A stretch of DNA of 63,848 nt, filler included, from Ministeria vibrans ATCC 50519 (lineage: Eukaryota > Protista > Filasterea), in NCBI GenBank assembly GCA_943704425.1. It is 13 parts of 13 records of this genome, joined end to end, with 100 filler letters (N's around TTAATTAATTAA, not from the genome) between each part and the next. Parts side by side here need not be neighbours in the genome. Positions count along the whole stretch, not along the records: positions 49,950 to 52,924 come from CALSCP010000790.1; positions 53,025 to 55,406 come from CALSCP010000485.1; positions 55,507 to 56,859 come from CALSCP010001186.1; positions 56,960 to 58,185 come from CALSCP010000358.1; positions 58,286 to 60,134 come from CALSCP010001309.1; positions 60,235 to 61,818 come from CALSCP010002660.1; positions 61,919 to 63,848 come from CALSCP010000034.1; 6 more parts are not named here. One strand, 5' to 3'. The notes under the pieces are model-generated. The model had not been told where the DNA came from. It made no database searches and was given only the letters and a program-made list of their open reading frames with translations. Positions 52,808 through 63,848 of this stretch are shown here, piece after piece. Numbering within the stretch: the first letter of the stretch is position 1; each line of letters starts with the position of its first letter. Both the position numbers and the translations under genes were made by a program.

Positions 52808-53081
52808 GTAGGCACATCGACTTTTTTTTTTTTTACACTCACTCACTCTCTCTCTCTCTCTTACGAATGTGAGTGTGCACCTGGCTTTTACGGCTCAACA
52901 TGCGCCTCGTCCCACGACTACTGTNNNNNNNNNNNNNNNNNNNNNNNNNNNNNNNNNNNNNNNNNNNNTTAATTAATTAANNNNNNNNNNNNNNNNNNNN
53001 NNNNNNNNNNNNNNNNNNNNNNNNAAATTAAAAAAAAAAAAAAAAAAAAACGACTCACTTCCTTTTAATCTCTGTGTGTAG

Positions 53082-53922
53082 ACCACTTCCCTTTGGTTTG
53101 AGCGCCGCTCCTGGCGAGGGCCACGTATCATCGTCGGTGGCTCACCTCACCCAAGGCAAACAAGAGCTATGGCTGATCCAGGCTCCGAAAAAGGTTCGCT
53201 CGCGTGGACCACTCTCCGTCGCTTATCCCTTCTCCGTCTCCCTCTCTCTCTCTCTCGGCCGCTCCTTCGCTTCTCGTCGCAGTTCAACGTCGCCCACCTC
53301 AATGGAGTTGAGCTGGACATGCGTAGCGGCAAGGAGAAGCTCCTGCGAGTCAAGGATCGTGGCGTGGAGACCGTCTGGTCCGTCAGCGTCCTTTCCGCCG
53401 CCGATGCCGCGCTTGTTCCCGCTATTCCCGCCGATTCAGAGCATTTAAACACTCTCAAGCCATCAGGTACACTCACGCGTACCCCCTCACGTCCAGCCAT
53501 GGCTGCAGCACTCTTGGCATTGACACGACTCGGTCTCATTTTAGCCTTCACTCATCTTGTCACTGTGGCTCGTTCTGTCTCGGTGGACGCTCCAGTCGCC
53601 TCCAATGCGCCTCCTCACTCTAAATGGTCTCCTGTACCGCTTGTCACTGCTCTTGAACAGAAATTTGTCCCCGTCGGAACACGTACGGTTTCTTGTGTGT
53701 GTGTGTGTGTGTCTTGTCCGCCCGTCTCAACGTTCAATATTCTTCTCTATAGCACCCAAAGAGATTCTGACAGGCCACCGCACCCCGTCGTCGCCACCCT
53801 CTGCTACAGCGCCGACGCCGCCGCCCTTGTCTAAGAAGTCCAAGAAGCGCAAACAGCCCGCAGATGAGTCGGACAGCCCCGCCAGTCACAAGAAGAACAA
53901 GTCCAAAAAGTTAAAGACATAG
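53082..53922 (+). CDS. POLR1G: RNA polymerase I subunit RPA34/PAF49-like, 5'-partial
   Basis: ELWLIQAPKKF..LNG, LEQKFVPVG, Lys-rich C-terminal tail. Confidence 0.7.
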
Positions 53923-54142
53923 ATCGTTCACCGCTTCCTTCTCCTTCTCTTGCCTCTCCGCAGTACACAGTGGTGTGGCCTGTGAACTCCGTAACGTATC
54001 TATTAAAGCAAAATAATTTCAATTGTACTATAAATTTGCGAAACGAAAGACGAAGACGTCAGAATTGTATCCATAAAAATCCCCTATTGTGAACGGAACC
54101 CCCCCCCCCCCCCCCCCCCCCTTCCCGAAATTCCATCGCCAT

Positions 54143-55151
54143 TGTAACGTTTTGTCAACCCATCTCCCTCCTCATTCTTCAAAATAAATTTGACCTGTTT
54201 ATTAATAATAATAAAAGAGGAATCAGTCAGCACGTTAAAACACAGAATAAGCACTGTCCTATCGCAGCAAAAAGACTACGCAGGACGCGAACCAATCGTC
54301 GCCTACCGACAATTGACTTGACTAAGTAGCGAGCATAAAATAGTTGGACGCTGTGCCTTGGGTACGTGTGTTGAGAAAGAACGCTCCTCTTGCAAAAGGG
54401 CAGGCTTAAGAGCACCATCGGGTAACTTGACTGACCTGGCCGCCCCTGGCCATCGGAAACCGTATAAGCTGTCATCTTAAAAAGGATTGCTCAAGCGCAT
54501 CTCCAATCCTTCCTTGCAAAGTTGGAGACTCAACAGTGTCAAAAAAAGAATCGTCATGGTGGAAGAGAGAGCACAGTGACAGTCCTTACGGGCCGGACAC
54601 ACTCCAGTGACAGTCCTTACGGGCCGGACACACTCCAGTGACAGTCCTTACGGGCCGGACACACTCCAGTGACAGTCCTTTCGGGCCGGACACACTCCAG
54701 TGACAGTCCTTTCGGGCCGAACACACTCCAGTGACAGTCCTTACGGGCCGGACACACTCCAGTAATACACACTTCTTCGGGTAAGCTGACCAATCGCACA
54801 GCCCATCAGCTGACCAATCGCCCCCTCCCCCAGTCTGCCCTCGGCCTGTCCCGTCCAATGCGGCCGCTTTGACCTCCTTTTGAGGGTACAGACGACGCAA
54901 ACTCCGTTCGACATTGAGCCAATTCTCGACCGACAACGCCAAAATTAGAGCCGCTCGACGGGCCTTCCCAGTGCTCTGGCCGTCTCCAGCGCGGGCCCTG
55001 AGCTGTCTCGCATGTTCTATCAGCGGAGAGGAAGCAAAGCGAAAAGAGCGCACGAGCGAACCAGAGACAACCGTCGATGGCACAAAGGCACAAGCAGGAT
55101 CACATAAGAGCATGGCATGCTACAGCCAACTGAGCCAAGGCAGCTTGTACA
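54143..55151. mobile_element. Candidate solo LTR (~1 kb)
   Basis: Termini TGTA...TACA; flanks GCCAT/ACCAT; internal minisatellite and duplicated CCAAT motif; no convincing coding capacity. Confidence 0.4.
54574..54763. repeat. Minisatellite, 6 x 31 bp (CAGTGACAGTCCTTWCGGGCCGGACACACTC)
   Basis: Units at 54574, 54605, 54636, 54667, 54698, 54729; near-identical. Confidence 0.97.
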
Positions 55152-55264
55152 ACCATTGAAATCAAAAATGAGTTTTTTTTGGAATTTGGATATGGATTTG
55201 GAAAATGGATTGTGATTTGTGAATGGCCTTTGATTCGATCTTTTTTTTTGTCCGACTCTTGAAA

Positions 55265-55373
55265 ATGGCCGAGACTCTGCAGCTTAGCGGTACCATGGAG
55301 GGCCACGGTGGCTGGGTTACCCAGATCGCCACCACCTCGGAGAACCCCGACATGATTGTCAGCAGCAGTCGTG
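55265..55373 (+). CDS. RACK1: RACK1 first exon
   Basis: [36 protein letters not shown] followed by a GTAAG donor. Confidence 0.93.
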
Positions 55374-55506
55374 GTAAGGAGAAAAAAAAAAAAAAAAAAA
55401 AAACAANNNNNNNNNNNNNNNNNNNNNNNNNNNNNNNNNNNNNNNNNNNNTTAATTAATTAANNNNNNNNNNNNNNNNNNNNNNNNNNNNNNNNNNNNNN
55501 NNNNNN

Positions 55507-55553
<47 letters not shown>

Positions 55554-55722
55554 TAAGTGATAGAGAGAGAGAGAGAAACTAAGTGATAGAGAGAGAGAGA
55601 AACTAAGTGATAGAGAGAGAGAAAAACTAAGTGATAGAGAGAGAGAGAAACTAAGTGATAGAGAGAGAGAGAAACTAAGTAATAGAGAGAGAGAGAGAGA
55701 AATTAAGTGATAGAGAGAGAGA
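55507..55722. repeat. Compound satellite: (GA)n interrupted ~7 times by AAACTAAGTGATA
   Basis: Direct inspection. Confidence 0.93.
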
Positions 55723-55758
55723 CAGAGAACTTTTCAGTATGTGTGTTTGTCTGACATT

Positions 55759-55796
<38 letters not shown>

Positions 55797-56577
55797 CAGC
55801 ACATTGAGCGCAAGAAGCACAACAGATGACAGATGCAAAGTGATATTGCAACTGTTTGTTGTATAAGCCAAAATGACAAATGTATAATATGCTCTTTCGT
55901 GCCTGACTTCGAGCATATCGCTCAGGATAATACATTTTATATATGCTTGGGGTTAGAGTGCTTATCTTTAGTAATGTATGTGGATCCTATATAATCAAAA
56001 TAGGTAAAAATGAAAAGAAGATAAAGATCAAGAAGGTGCTGTGGCTTCTCGTTTGTGATTGAAATTTAGTTCATATTTTTGAAGCTAGCCTATGGTGGAA
56101 CTGGAAGCATTGTATTACTCTTCATTGTATTATTTATTCTCGTTGAGGAGATCAACTACTCACTTTTGAGTTCCGACTCCTATTCACTTATTAATTCACA
56201 CATATTCATTATTCTGGAAGTGTTCGAGTCTGACTCGGAATACAGCGTCGCCGATGTACCGGAGGAGATGGACATCGACGAAGACGATGAAGACAATGAA
56301 GATGCTACTTATGTAGCAGGGGAGTGAGGAGATGCCTTAATATTGCAGGATGTAGCTCAGAAAAGGACTCTTTGCCAAAGTTGATAATGAGTAATACTAA
56401 TAAAGATTTCAGATGTATCTTATTCTTCCTGTCTTTCTTTCCCCTTCTTTGTGTAAACTTTTCGACTTGATAATAATTAATTTGTTCAATAGTATTATTA
56501 CTATTTTTAACAAAACTTTGTCGACGGAGCTCCGCCAAGTTATTCCAGTAAATGGGTTGTATTGTTAATAAGTTAAC

Positions 56578-56637
<60 letters not shown>

Positions 56638-56959
56638 AATAAATAATAAATTAATATAATTTATAACTAACCCCTCGTTTTTCCCCCCCCTACCCAACCA
56701 TATCTCTATCCTCATAATCTAACACACAGTCACGACAACAAGCACACCAACCGCCCTACAGCCGACCCGCCCCGCCTGTGTACCACGGGAGCGCCCCGCA
56801 GCCACCTGGACTTGCCGCCGCCGACCACCGATCCGATTGCCTCAACCACGACTTCGACTNNNNNNNNNNNNNNNNNNNNNNNNNNNNNNNNNNNNNNNNN
56901 NNNTTAATTAATTAANNNNNNNNNNNNNNNNNNNNNNNNNNNNNNNNNNNNNNNNNNNN

Positions 56960-56997
<38 letters not shown>

Positions 56998-57107
56998 GCC
57001 CAGGTGAGTGACGAGAAGAGACACAGAGAGAACAGAGATAGAGCGAGTGGAGAAAGAAAAAAGTGATAGAAAGAAAAAGAGAAAGAAAAGAACAAGGTGA
57101 CACAGAC

Positions 57108-58076
57108 CTTGTCAAGGGCAATTCCTTCCTCGTCATTGTTGGCAAGCGCCCGTTTGAAACAAGCAATGGCTTCAGGCAGTCGCTTCATGTTCTCGTACGC
57201 ATTGGCCAATGCAAGCCACATACGAGCATCATAAGGTCTAGACAACATACAAAAAGAGAGGCGCTCAGTTTCCAAAGTGAACAACGGCATAGGTAAAACG
57301 TACCGGACAGTGGCTGCACGACGGAAGTAGTACAGGGAGTAGAAGGACATGCCAAGAATCTCATAGGAGAGGCCCAGTCCATACCAGGCACGGTAATCAC
57401 GTGGACTGATGTCTGCATAACACAGGCAAAGAAGAGGAGGGAGAAATACACAAAGTGATGGAGAGGAGGGAGAAAGATACAAAAGAAGTGAGGAAGAGGA
57501 AGGGAATAATAATTATGAGTAAGTCAAACGCACACACACACTCTCTCTCTCTGTCGTACCAATGGCACGACGGTACGCCTCAATGGCTGCCGGAAGGTTC
57601 TTCAGTTCAATGTATTCGTGGCCCATCAATGTCCACGCAGTGAGATAGCGACTGTGCACACGCAAATGTGATATCATTATTAATAAGAGTCGAAAAGTCA
57701 ATGCAAAGTCGAACCGATTGAGTTTGAGAGCGCGTTGAAAGTAGAGCGCGGCCTTTTCATGGTCTGACCGCATACTATAGTAGTTACCTACATACACAAC
57801 AAAAGACAAATCCAGAGAGAAATAGAGAAAGGAGGGAGGAAGAGAGAAAGAAACAAAGTGTGAGAAGCAAATGGAATGACGGGATGAATGGAGTACCGAC
57901 AACACAACAGGTCTCGGGACGGTACTTGTCAATGCGTGACGCATTGTGAGCGAGGTGGGCAAGGCGGTCGCTGCACTCGGTGACGAAAAGGATGTTGGAG
58001 AGCGTGTCGAGATAGTCCAGCCGGAACGGGTCTGTCTGTTGCAGTGCTACAAAGTGCTCCTCGCTTTGCACAAACT
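57108..58076 (-). CDS. CDC23: APC/C subunit Cdc23/APC8, internal TPR exons
   Basis: [47 protein letters not shown]. Confidence 0.97.
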
Positions 58077-58113
58077 CTGTGATTTTAAGAGAATGTGAGA
58101 TAATATTTCAACC

Positions 58114-58155
<42 letters not shown>

Positions 58156-58317
58156 GTGTGTGTGTGTGTTGTGTGTGTGTGTGTGNNNNNNNNNNNNNNN
58201 NNNNNNNNNNNNNNNNNNNNNNNNNNNNNTTAATTAATTAANNNNNNNNNNNNNNNNNNNNNNNNNNNNNNNNNNNNNNNNNNNNTCTTCTTCTTTTTTT
58301 TTTTTTTTTTCTTGAAG

Positions 58318-59822
58318 GGATATTGAGCGCGAAAGTCGTCTTGTACGTCTTGGCATCCGCGAGATGGACGGGTTCCTGGTCATTTCCAGTAAGTACAACG
58401 ACCGATCGTCTTGCGCCACTCTTACCTTGGTTTGTATAGCTGAGGGTGACGAGGAAGACTTTTGTGACTCGGACGATGAAAAAACAACAGAAGTAGGCTC
58501 GTCGGTACGTGACAACTCATCGTGAGCCCTCGCCAAAACGTTGAGACTTAGAATTCGTCGCTATTTGTGTAGTTGGAGGACGATTTTTACGACGCACAAG
58601 ACCATGTTTCGATTGTGACCGACGCGTCGTCGTCCAAGTCCGCCGCAGGCGCAACCCTCACCACAGCAACGGCAGTAGTCGTGCCCGGGTCACACGATGG
58701 CGAAGAGGACAGCGATTTTGAGATGGTTGAGGCAGAGGAGGGCTTCTTGCAGTACCGCTGTGTGCTTGATGCCACCGTCTCGCTCCCTTGTACGCCCCCT
58801 TTTTTTTTTCTATTTTTATTAAGCGTCTCATTCATGTGTGTAGGTGTGTCGCCTATGCGCTTCCTTGTCGCACCCGATGGCGTTCAGATTGCCTACCGTG
58901 CCTACTTCCCCCCTCCCGAGTCCCCTGTGCCCGCCTCCACCGTCATAATTCTCCCCGCCTATCCTTTTGACTCGTACTGCTACCAGCACCTTGCCTGCCG
59001 GTATGCGTTGTCTTCCTCATGTATCTCTCCCTCTGACGTCTTTGATTTGTGTAGTCTTTCGCAAGAGCATGGAGTCTCAGTATTCATTATGGAGTTCCGT
59101 GGCAGTGGTGCGTCTGGCGGCACTCGGTACGTATAGAGGATAAACCACGGAGCAACCCCTCTTGAATATTTTGTCCTTTTTTGTTTCTTTCAGTGGCGAT
59201 GTGCCTCAAGAGACTCAGCACTTGGTGGACTTCCGGTCGTTTGTGCGTCGTGTCAAGTGGGCGCCGCACTCTTGCAGTCGTTCGTCCACGCCAATTCCTC
59301 CTCCTCAGAACGTCTTTGTGTGTGCTTGTGGCTCCTCCACGGGGCTCCTCCTCAACTACTGCCAATGGGACGCACACGAGCCCGTTCATGGCTACGTCCT
59401 TCTCTCTCCCGACCTCAGCCGCTCCGATCACTCCCTCGCTGCCTCTGAAGTCGAGGCTCGCATGGCCGCTCAGTTTGGCATGCGCATCAGTCGTCCCAAC
59501 ATTTTTCAGCGCCACATGTCTCGTTTTGGCAAACAGCCCGCCTCAGGTGGAGCCGGTATCGTCACACAACTATCTTTGTCATTTTGTTTTCTTTTTCTTC
59601 TCTGTACCACTTTGTTTCTTTTTTTTTGTCATTTTGTTTCTTTCTTCTCACTTTGTTATTTTGTTTCTTTCTTCCTCTCTCTTTATTCTCTTTCTCTCTC
59701 TTGTTCTAATTATTTGTTTGCCTTGATTTACCTAGAGGCACTCTCTTTCACGTCTCTTCCCGCTGATCTTGCTGAAGCGCTTCCATTCAGTCCGCAAGAC
59801 GTATCATTCACCGCTGAAGCAT
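58318..59822 (+). CDS. Internal exons of a protein with an acidic linker and a lysophospholipase-like alpha/beta-hydrolase fold
   Basis: APDGVQIAYRAY, MEFRGSGASGGTRGDVP, GYVLLSP; splice-consistent exons. Confidence 0.65.
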
Positions 59823-60235
59823 GTAAGTCATTTAAATATTTTCATGGCAACAGTGGCTCTTTTCCCCCGACTAATAGTTCCGTGTGGATCACACAATGAT
59901 CTGCGTGGCGTTCCCGTCGTGGAGAACCAACTTTACGGCTCTGACAGGCTTGCGCTGAACCCGCACACTCAGAGGCAGTGTCTCTTTCATCTTTTAAAAA
60001 GAGCATCGTCCTGGCTGCGTTGCCAACATTCTTTTCCGTCTTATTTCACTTATGATCATGTTCCTTTTCTTTCCTTTACCTCTTCTTCTTTTTTTTTTTT
60101 TTTTTTTTGAAGGGATATTGAGCGCGAAAGTCGTNNNNNNNNNNNNNNNNNNNNNNNNNNNNNNNNNNNNNNNNNNNNTTAATTAATTAANNNNNNNNNN
60201 NNNNNNNNNNNNNNNNNNNNNNNNNNNNNNNNNNC

Positions 60236-61092
<857 letters not shown>

Positions 61093-61918
61093 TTTCTACG
61101 AGAAAATCGCCAGAAGAAGAGCCCAATTTTAAAGAAAAGAAAAAGAAAAACAGAACAAAAGGCAACCCATCCGTGCGGATCGTTCGCGACTTAGTCTTAG
61201 AGTGACATACCACTTAAAGAAAAGGAAGAGAATGGGGTACTTTCTATTCAGAAAAAAGTGCTGAAGCCTGAAAATCAATTTTTCATTTTATTCAATTCGG
61301 ACGTTTGTCGTAAACGACCGTTGTCAAGCCCAACTTACGCTTCTGATCAAAGTTCAAACATCAAATAACAAAAGCACTAAAGCAGAATTATTTTGTCGTT
61401 CCTCACAAACACAAACCGTTCAACCCCCCCCTTCGATTCCAAGCACAACTCATTATGGTAAGTGCGTGTTGCATTGCTCGTCAGAATTCAAGAGAGAGAC
61501 AGGGACAAAAAAAAACAGAAAAAAAAAACGAGGAAAAAAAAGGCTCGTTCTCGCATTTCCCGGTCGATATTTACTGATACATTTGCATGGGCGCATGTAA
61601 AGTTCATCGCTACATGTAATTCCACTTCGCTCTACACGAGAAGAGGCCGGAGAGTGCGCCGTTTCTAACGGTGTCTATTCCGTTGCCATGTGCCCGAATT
61701 CAAACATTCCACCACCTTCCCCGCATTCTTTTTCTCTCCCGCCTCGCCAACATCACTTCAGTTCACTTTATATAGCGTTTCCCTGCAACCGCATCTCCCA
61801 AACGTGTCTCCTTTTTTTNNNNNNNNNNNNNNNNNNNNNNNNNNNNNNNNNNNNNNNNNNNNTTAATTAATTAANNNNNNNNNNNNNNNNNNNNNNNNNN
61901 NNNNNNNNNNNNNNNNNN

Positions 61919-63140
61919 TCGATCTCACGAAGAACAGGTGCAAGGCGAGGCTGAGGAGCAGCTGGGCCCGCCTCATCGGCGTCGTCACTCACGTTTTGAT
62001 CGTCAGACAAACTCTCCTCGCCGGAACCCGCAGGATCGTACTCTTCATCACGCTCTATAAATAGGTTCTTACGTGTAGAATGACGCAATAGCTCAATTCC
62101 ACCCAGTATACGTAGTGAAAGAATCATAATACATGGGGGAGGAGATTACTAAAAAGAGTCTTTCGCATTGCACGCACCGTCAAACCACGCACCGTCAAAC
62201 TCAAGCCCCACTTGACCGGCAACAACAGGGATGCCTACAGCTATTGGATCCCGTTCCTCATCGGCATCCTCCTCATCCTCGCTGGACTCACTAAATTCAT
62301 CGGCAAGATTCACCAACCCTATTCGCAATGGGGTGAGAACGAATTGAGAACGAATACGCGTCCGGGAACGTTTCAGGTACCTTCCAGGTCGCCGACCGGT
62401 GGATTCCTGTGAAACTGTTCGANNNNNNNNNNNNNNNNNNNNNNNNNNNNNNNNNNNNNNNNNNNNNNNNNNNNNNNNNNNNNNNNNNNNNNNNNNNNNN
62501 NNNNNNNNNNNNNNNNNNNCACCAACCCTATTCGCAATGGGGTGAGAACGAATTGAGAACGAATACGCGTCCGGGAACGTTTCAGGTACCTTCCAGGTCG
62601 CCGACCGGTGGATTCCTGTGAAACTGTTCCTCTTCCTCGTCTGAAGAAAACAGATCGGGTACATCGCCTTGCACCGGCGGTGGCACGATATCCTGCTCAA
62701 TGAGTCTGGCGGGCCTTCTTCTTAAAGGTTGAGAAGAAGCAATAGAATTGGAACTCCGAACGAACCTTCGTAGCCGTAGAGGTCTGTCGCGCCTGCGCTG
62801 AAGGGGGTCCACTGGTTCGTCTGAGACATCGCTAACGTAATCGTGGCCCTGCCGTTGCCGAGGCGGGCTAGGCTGAAAGAAGAAAGAAGAAAAAGAGAGA
62901 GAAAAAAAGCACTTCAGTGAACGCGACAAAATCGGCAGGGAATACATAATACATTGGCTCTCTGCGGGGGAAGCTGAGGATCACCGGGTCCATCGCCATT
63001 GTCGGAAGAGGCAGAGCTTGTGGATAAGACTTGTCGTGGACTGCCGGGTTCGAAAGAAACCCGAATCGGTCAGGAAACGGTATTGCAAAGCCTCGGGCAT
63101 GGAGATGTGATTACCGCTTGAGAGGACGACCCTTAGGCAT
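61919..63140 (-). CDS. 5' part of an intron-containing gene with a basic then acidic disordered N-terminus (possibly transposon-encoded)
   Basis: Spliced MPKGRPLKRPRQ..SDVSDE..FSSDEEEE..ESSEDEEDADEE..DEEYDP; several phase-consistent GT-AG introns; no catalytic motif reached before the contig end. Confidence 0.5.
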
Positions 63141-63848
63141 GTAGAAGAGCGAGACCGAGGCACACTATGTTCAAAAAGTCAAAAGTCAAAACTGAACTAC
63201 TGAATAGAGATTAGAGAATGTAGGCAGGCACAGCAGGACCTGTCGATTTGGGAAAAATGGCCCCGATAAAAAATACAGAAAAAATACGAAACACAGATGT
63301 GGAGGTTGAGGGGCCGCTCTTGAAGCGGCAGTGGACGAAGGAGGGAAAAGTGGAATGAAAAGGTGGGGAGTGTGGGAGGCGAGGCGGGGTGGGTGGAGTT
63401 GGGATGAGATGAGGCCGAGCGCGAAAGTGTGGAGGGCAATTTTTGGACACGTTGAAAAGGGGTGTTGGGCGGCCAAGGGAGGGCCCAAAAACACATGGAA
63501 TCTGACAACGACGGGCCGGAGTTGGCTGGGGCCAGGAGAGTGGAGGTGGAGGAGGCGTTTGAAAATTTTTTAATCGAAATAGGGGGCGATGTGAGGGGGG
63601 GTTGGCGCGGGTGTGTAGAGGGTGCGAAAGTATGATAGGAAGGTGGGGGTGTGGGGAGGGGAGTCGACGTGGGGAGGGAGGAGAGGGGGTGGAAAATTTG
63701 ACGGCAAAAGCGTTCGGAAGGAAAAAAAAGCGACTTGACGAGCGATTCAGAAGGAGATTTCTAATGAGGATCCGTTCAGCAAAGGGAGGCGCACCTGATG
63801 GGGCGTGAAAAGAAATTGACCGCAGAAAAAAAAAGATTTTAAAGGGAA

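Noticed and set aside
54574-54763. 31-bp repeats as a CRISPR array
   Set aside because: Units are contiguous with no unique spacers, there are no cas genes, and the context is eukaryotic.
55550-55715. Resemblance of AGTGATAGAGA to the tet operator (vector contamination)
   Set aside because: Only a half-site match, not palindromic, and part of a genome-dispersed microsatellite-associated motif.
55949-56674. GGGGTTAG...CTAACCCC as transposon TIRs
   Set aside because: Only 8 bp, does not extend, and no TSD.
62311-62629. 110-bp direct duplication
   Set aside because: Identical copies flank an N gap, typical of an unmerged scaffold overlap.

Overview
This window is not one locus. It holds 13 separate contigs joined by 100-nt artificial linkers (N44-TTAATTAATTAA-N44), so adjacency across a linker has no meaning. 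The DNA is from a compact, intron-rich eukaryote: standard genetic code, GT-AG introns of mostly 50-100 nt, abundant (CA)n/(CT)n tracts and many head-to-head gene pairs about 90-330 bp apart. SAS-6 implies centrioles/flagella. The TTAGGG telomere and an animal-like beta-tubulin suggest a unicellular holozoan/obazoan-type protist (low confidence). Most genes are housekeeping: DHFR, RFC3, PPP2R3C, HCCS, ACTMAP, CRYM, ACOX, TUTase, TFIIE-alpha, RPC5, LIG4, SAS-6, DNAJB12, RPA34, RACK1, CDC23 and beta-tubulin. Most notable observations: (1) an intronless bacterial-type WecB epimerase 21 bp from SAS-6; (2) a chromosome end where perfect telomere repeats abut a coding-like fragment, followed by a 160-bp tandem array, a secreted-protein gene and a 5'-truncated LINE; (3) a ~17-bp motif (TCTATCACTTTGTTTCT) embedded in CT microsatellites on many unlinked contigs; (4) HCCS fused to a twin-CX9C domain; (5) a cyclic-nucleotide-binding channel with a GVGSGD filter; (6) a recurrent TTTTGACTTTT motif just upstream of start codons. 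All calls are by eye and no database searches were run.
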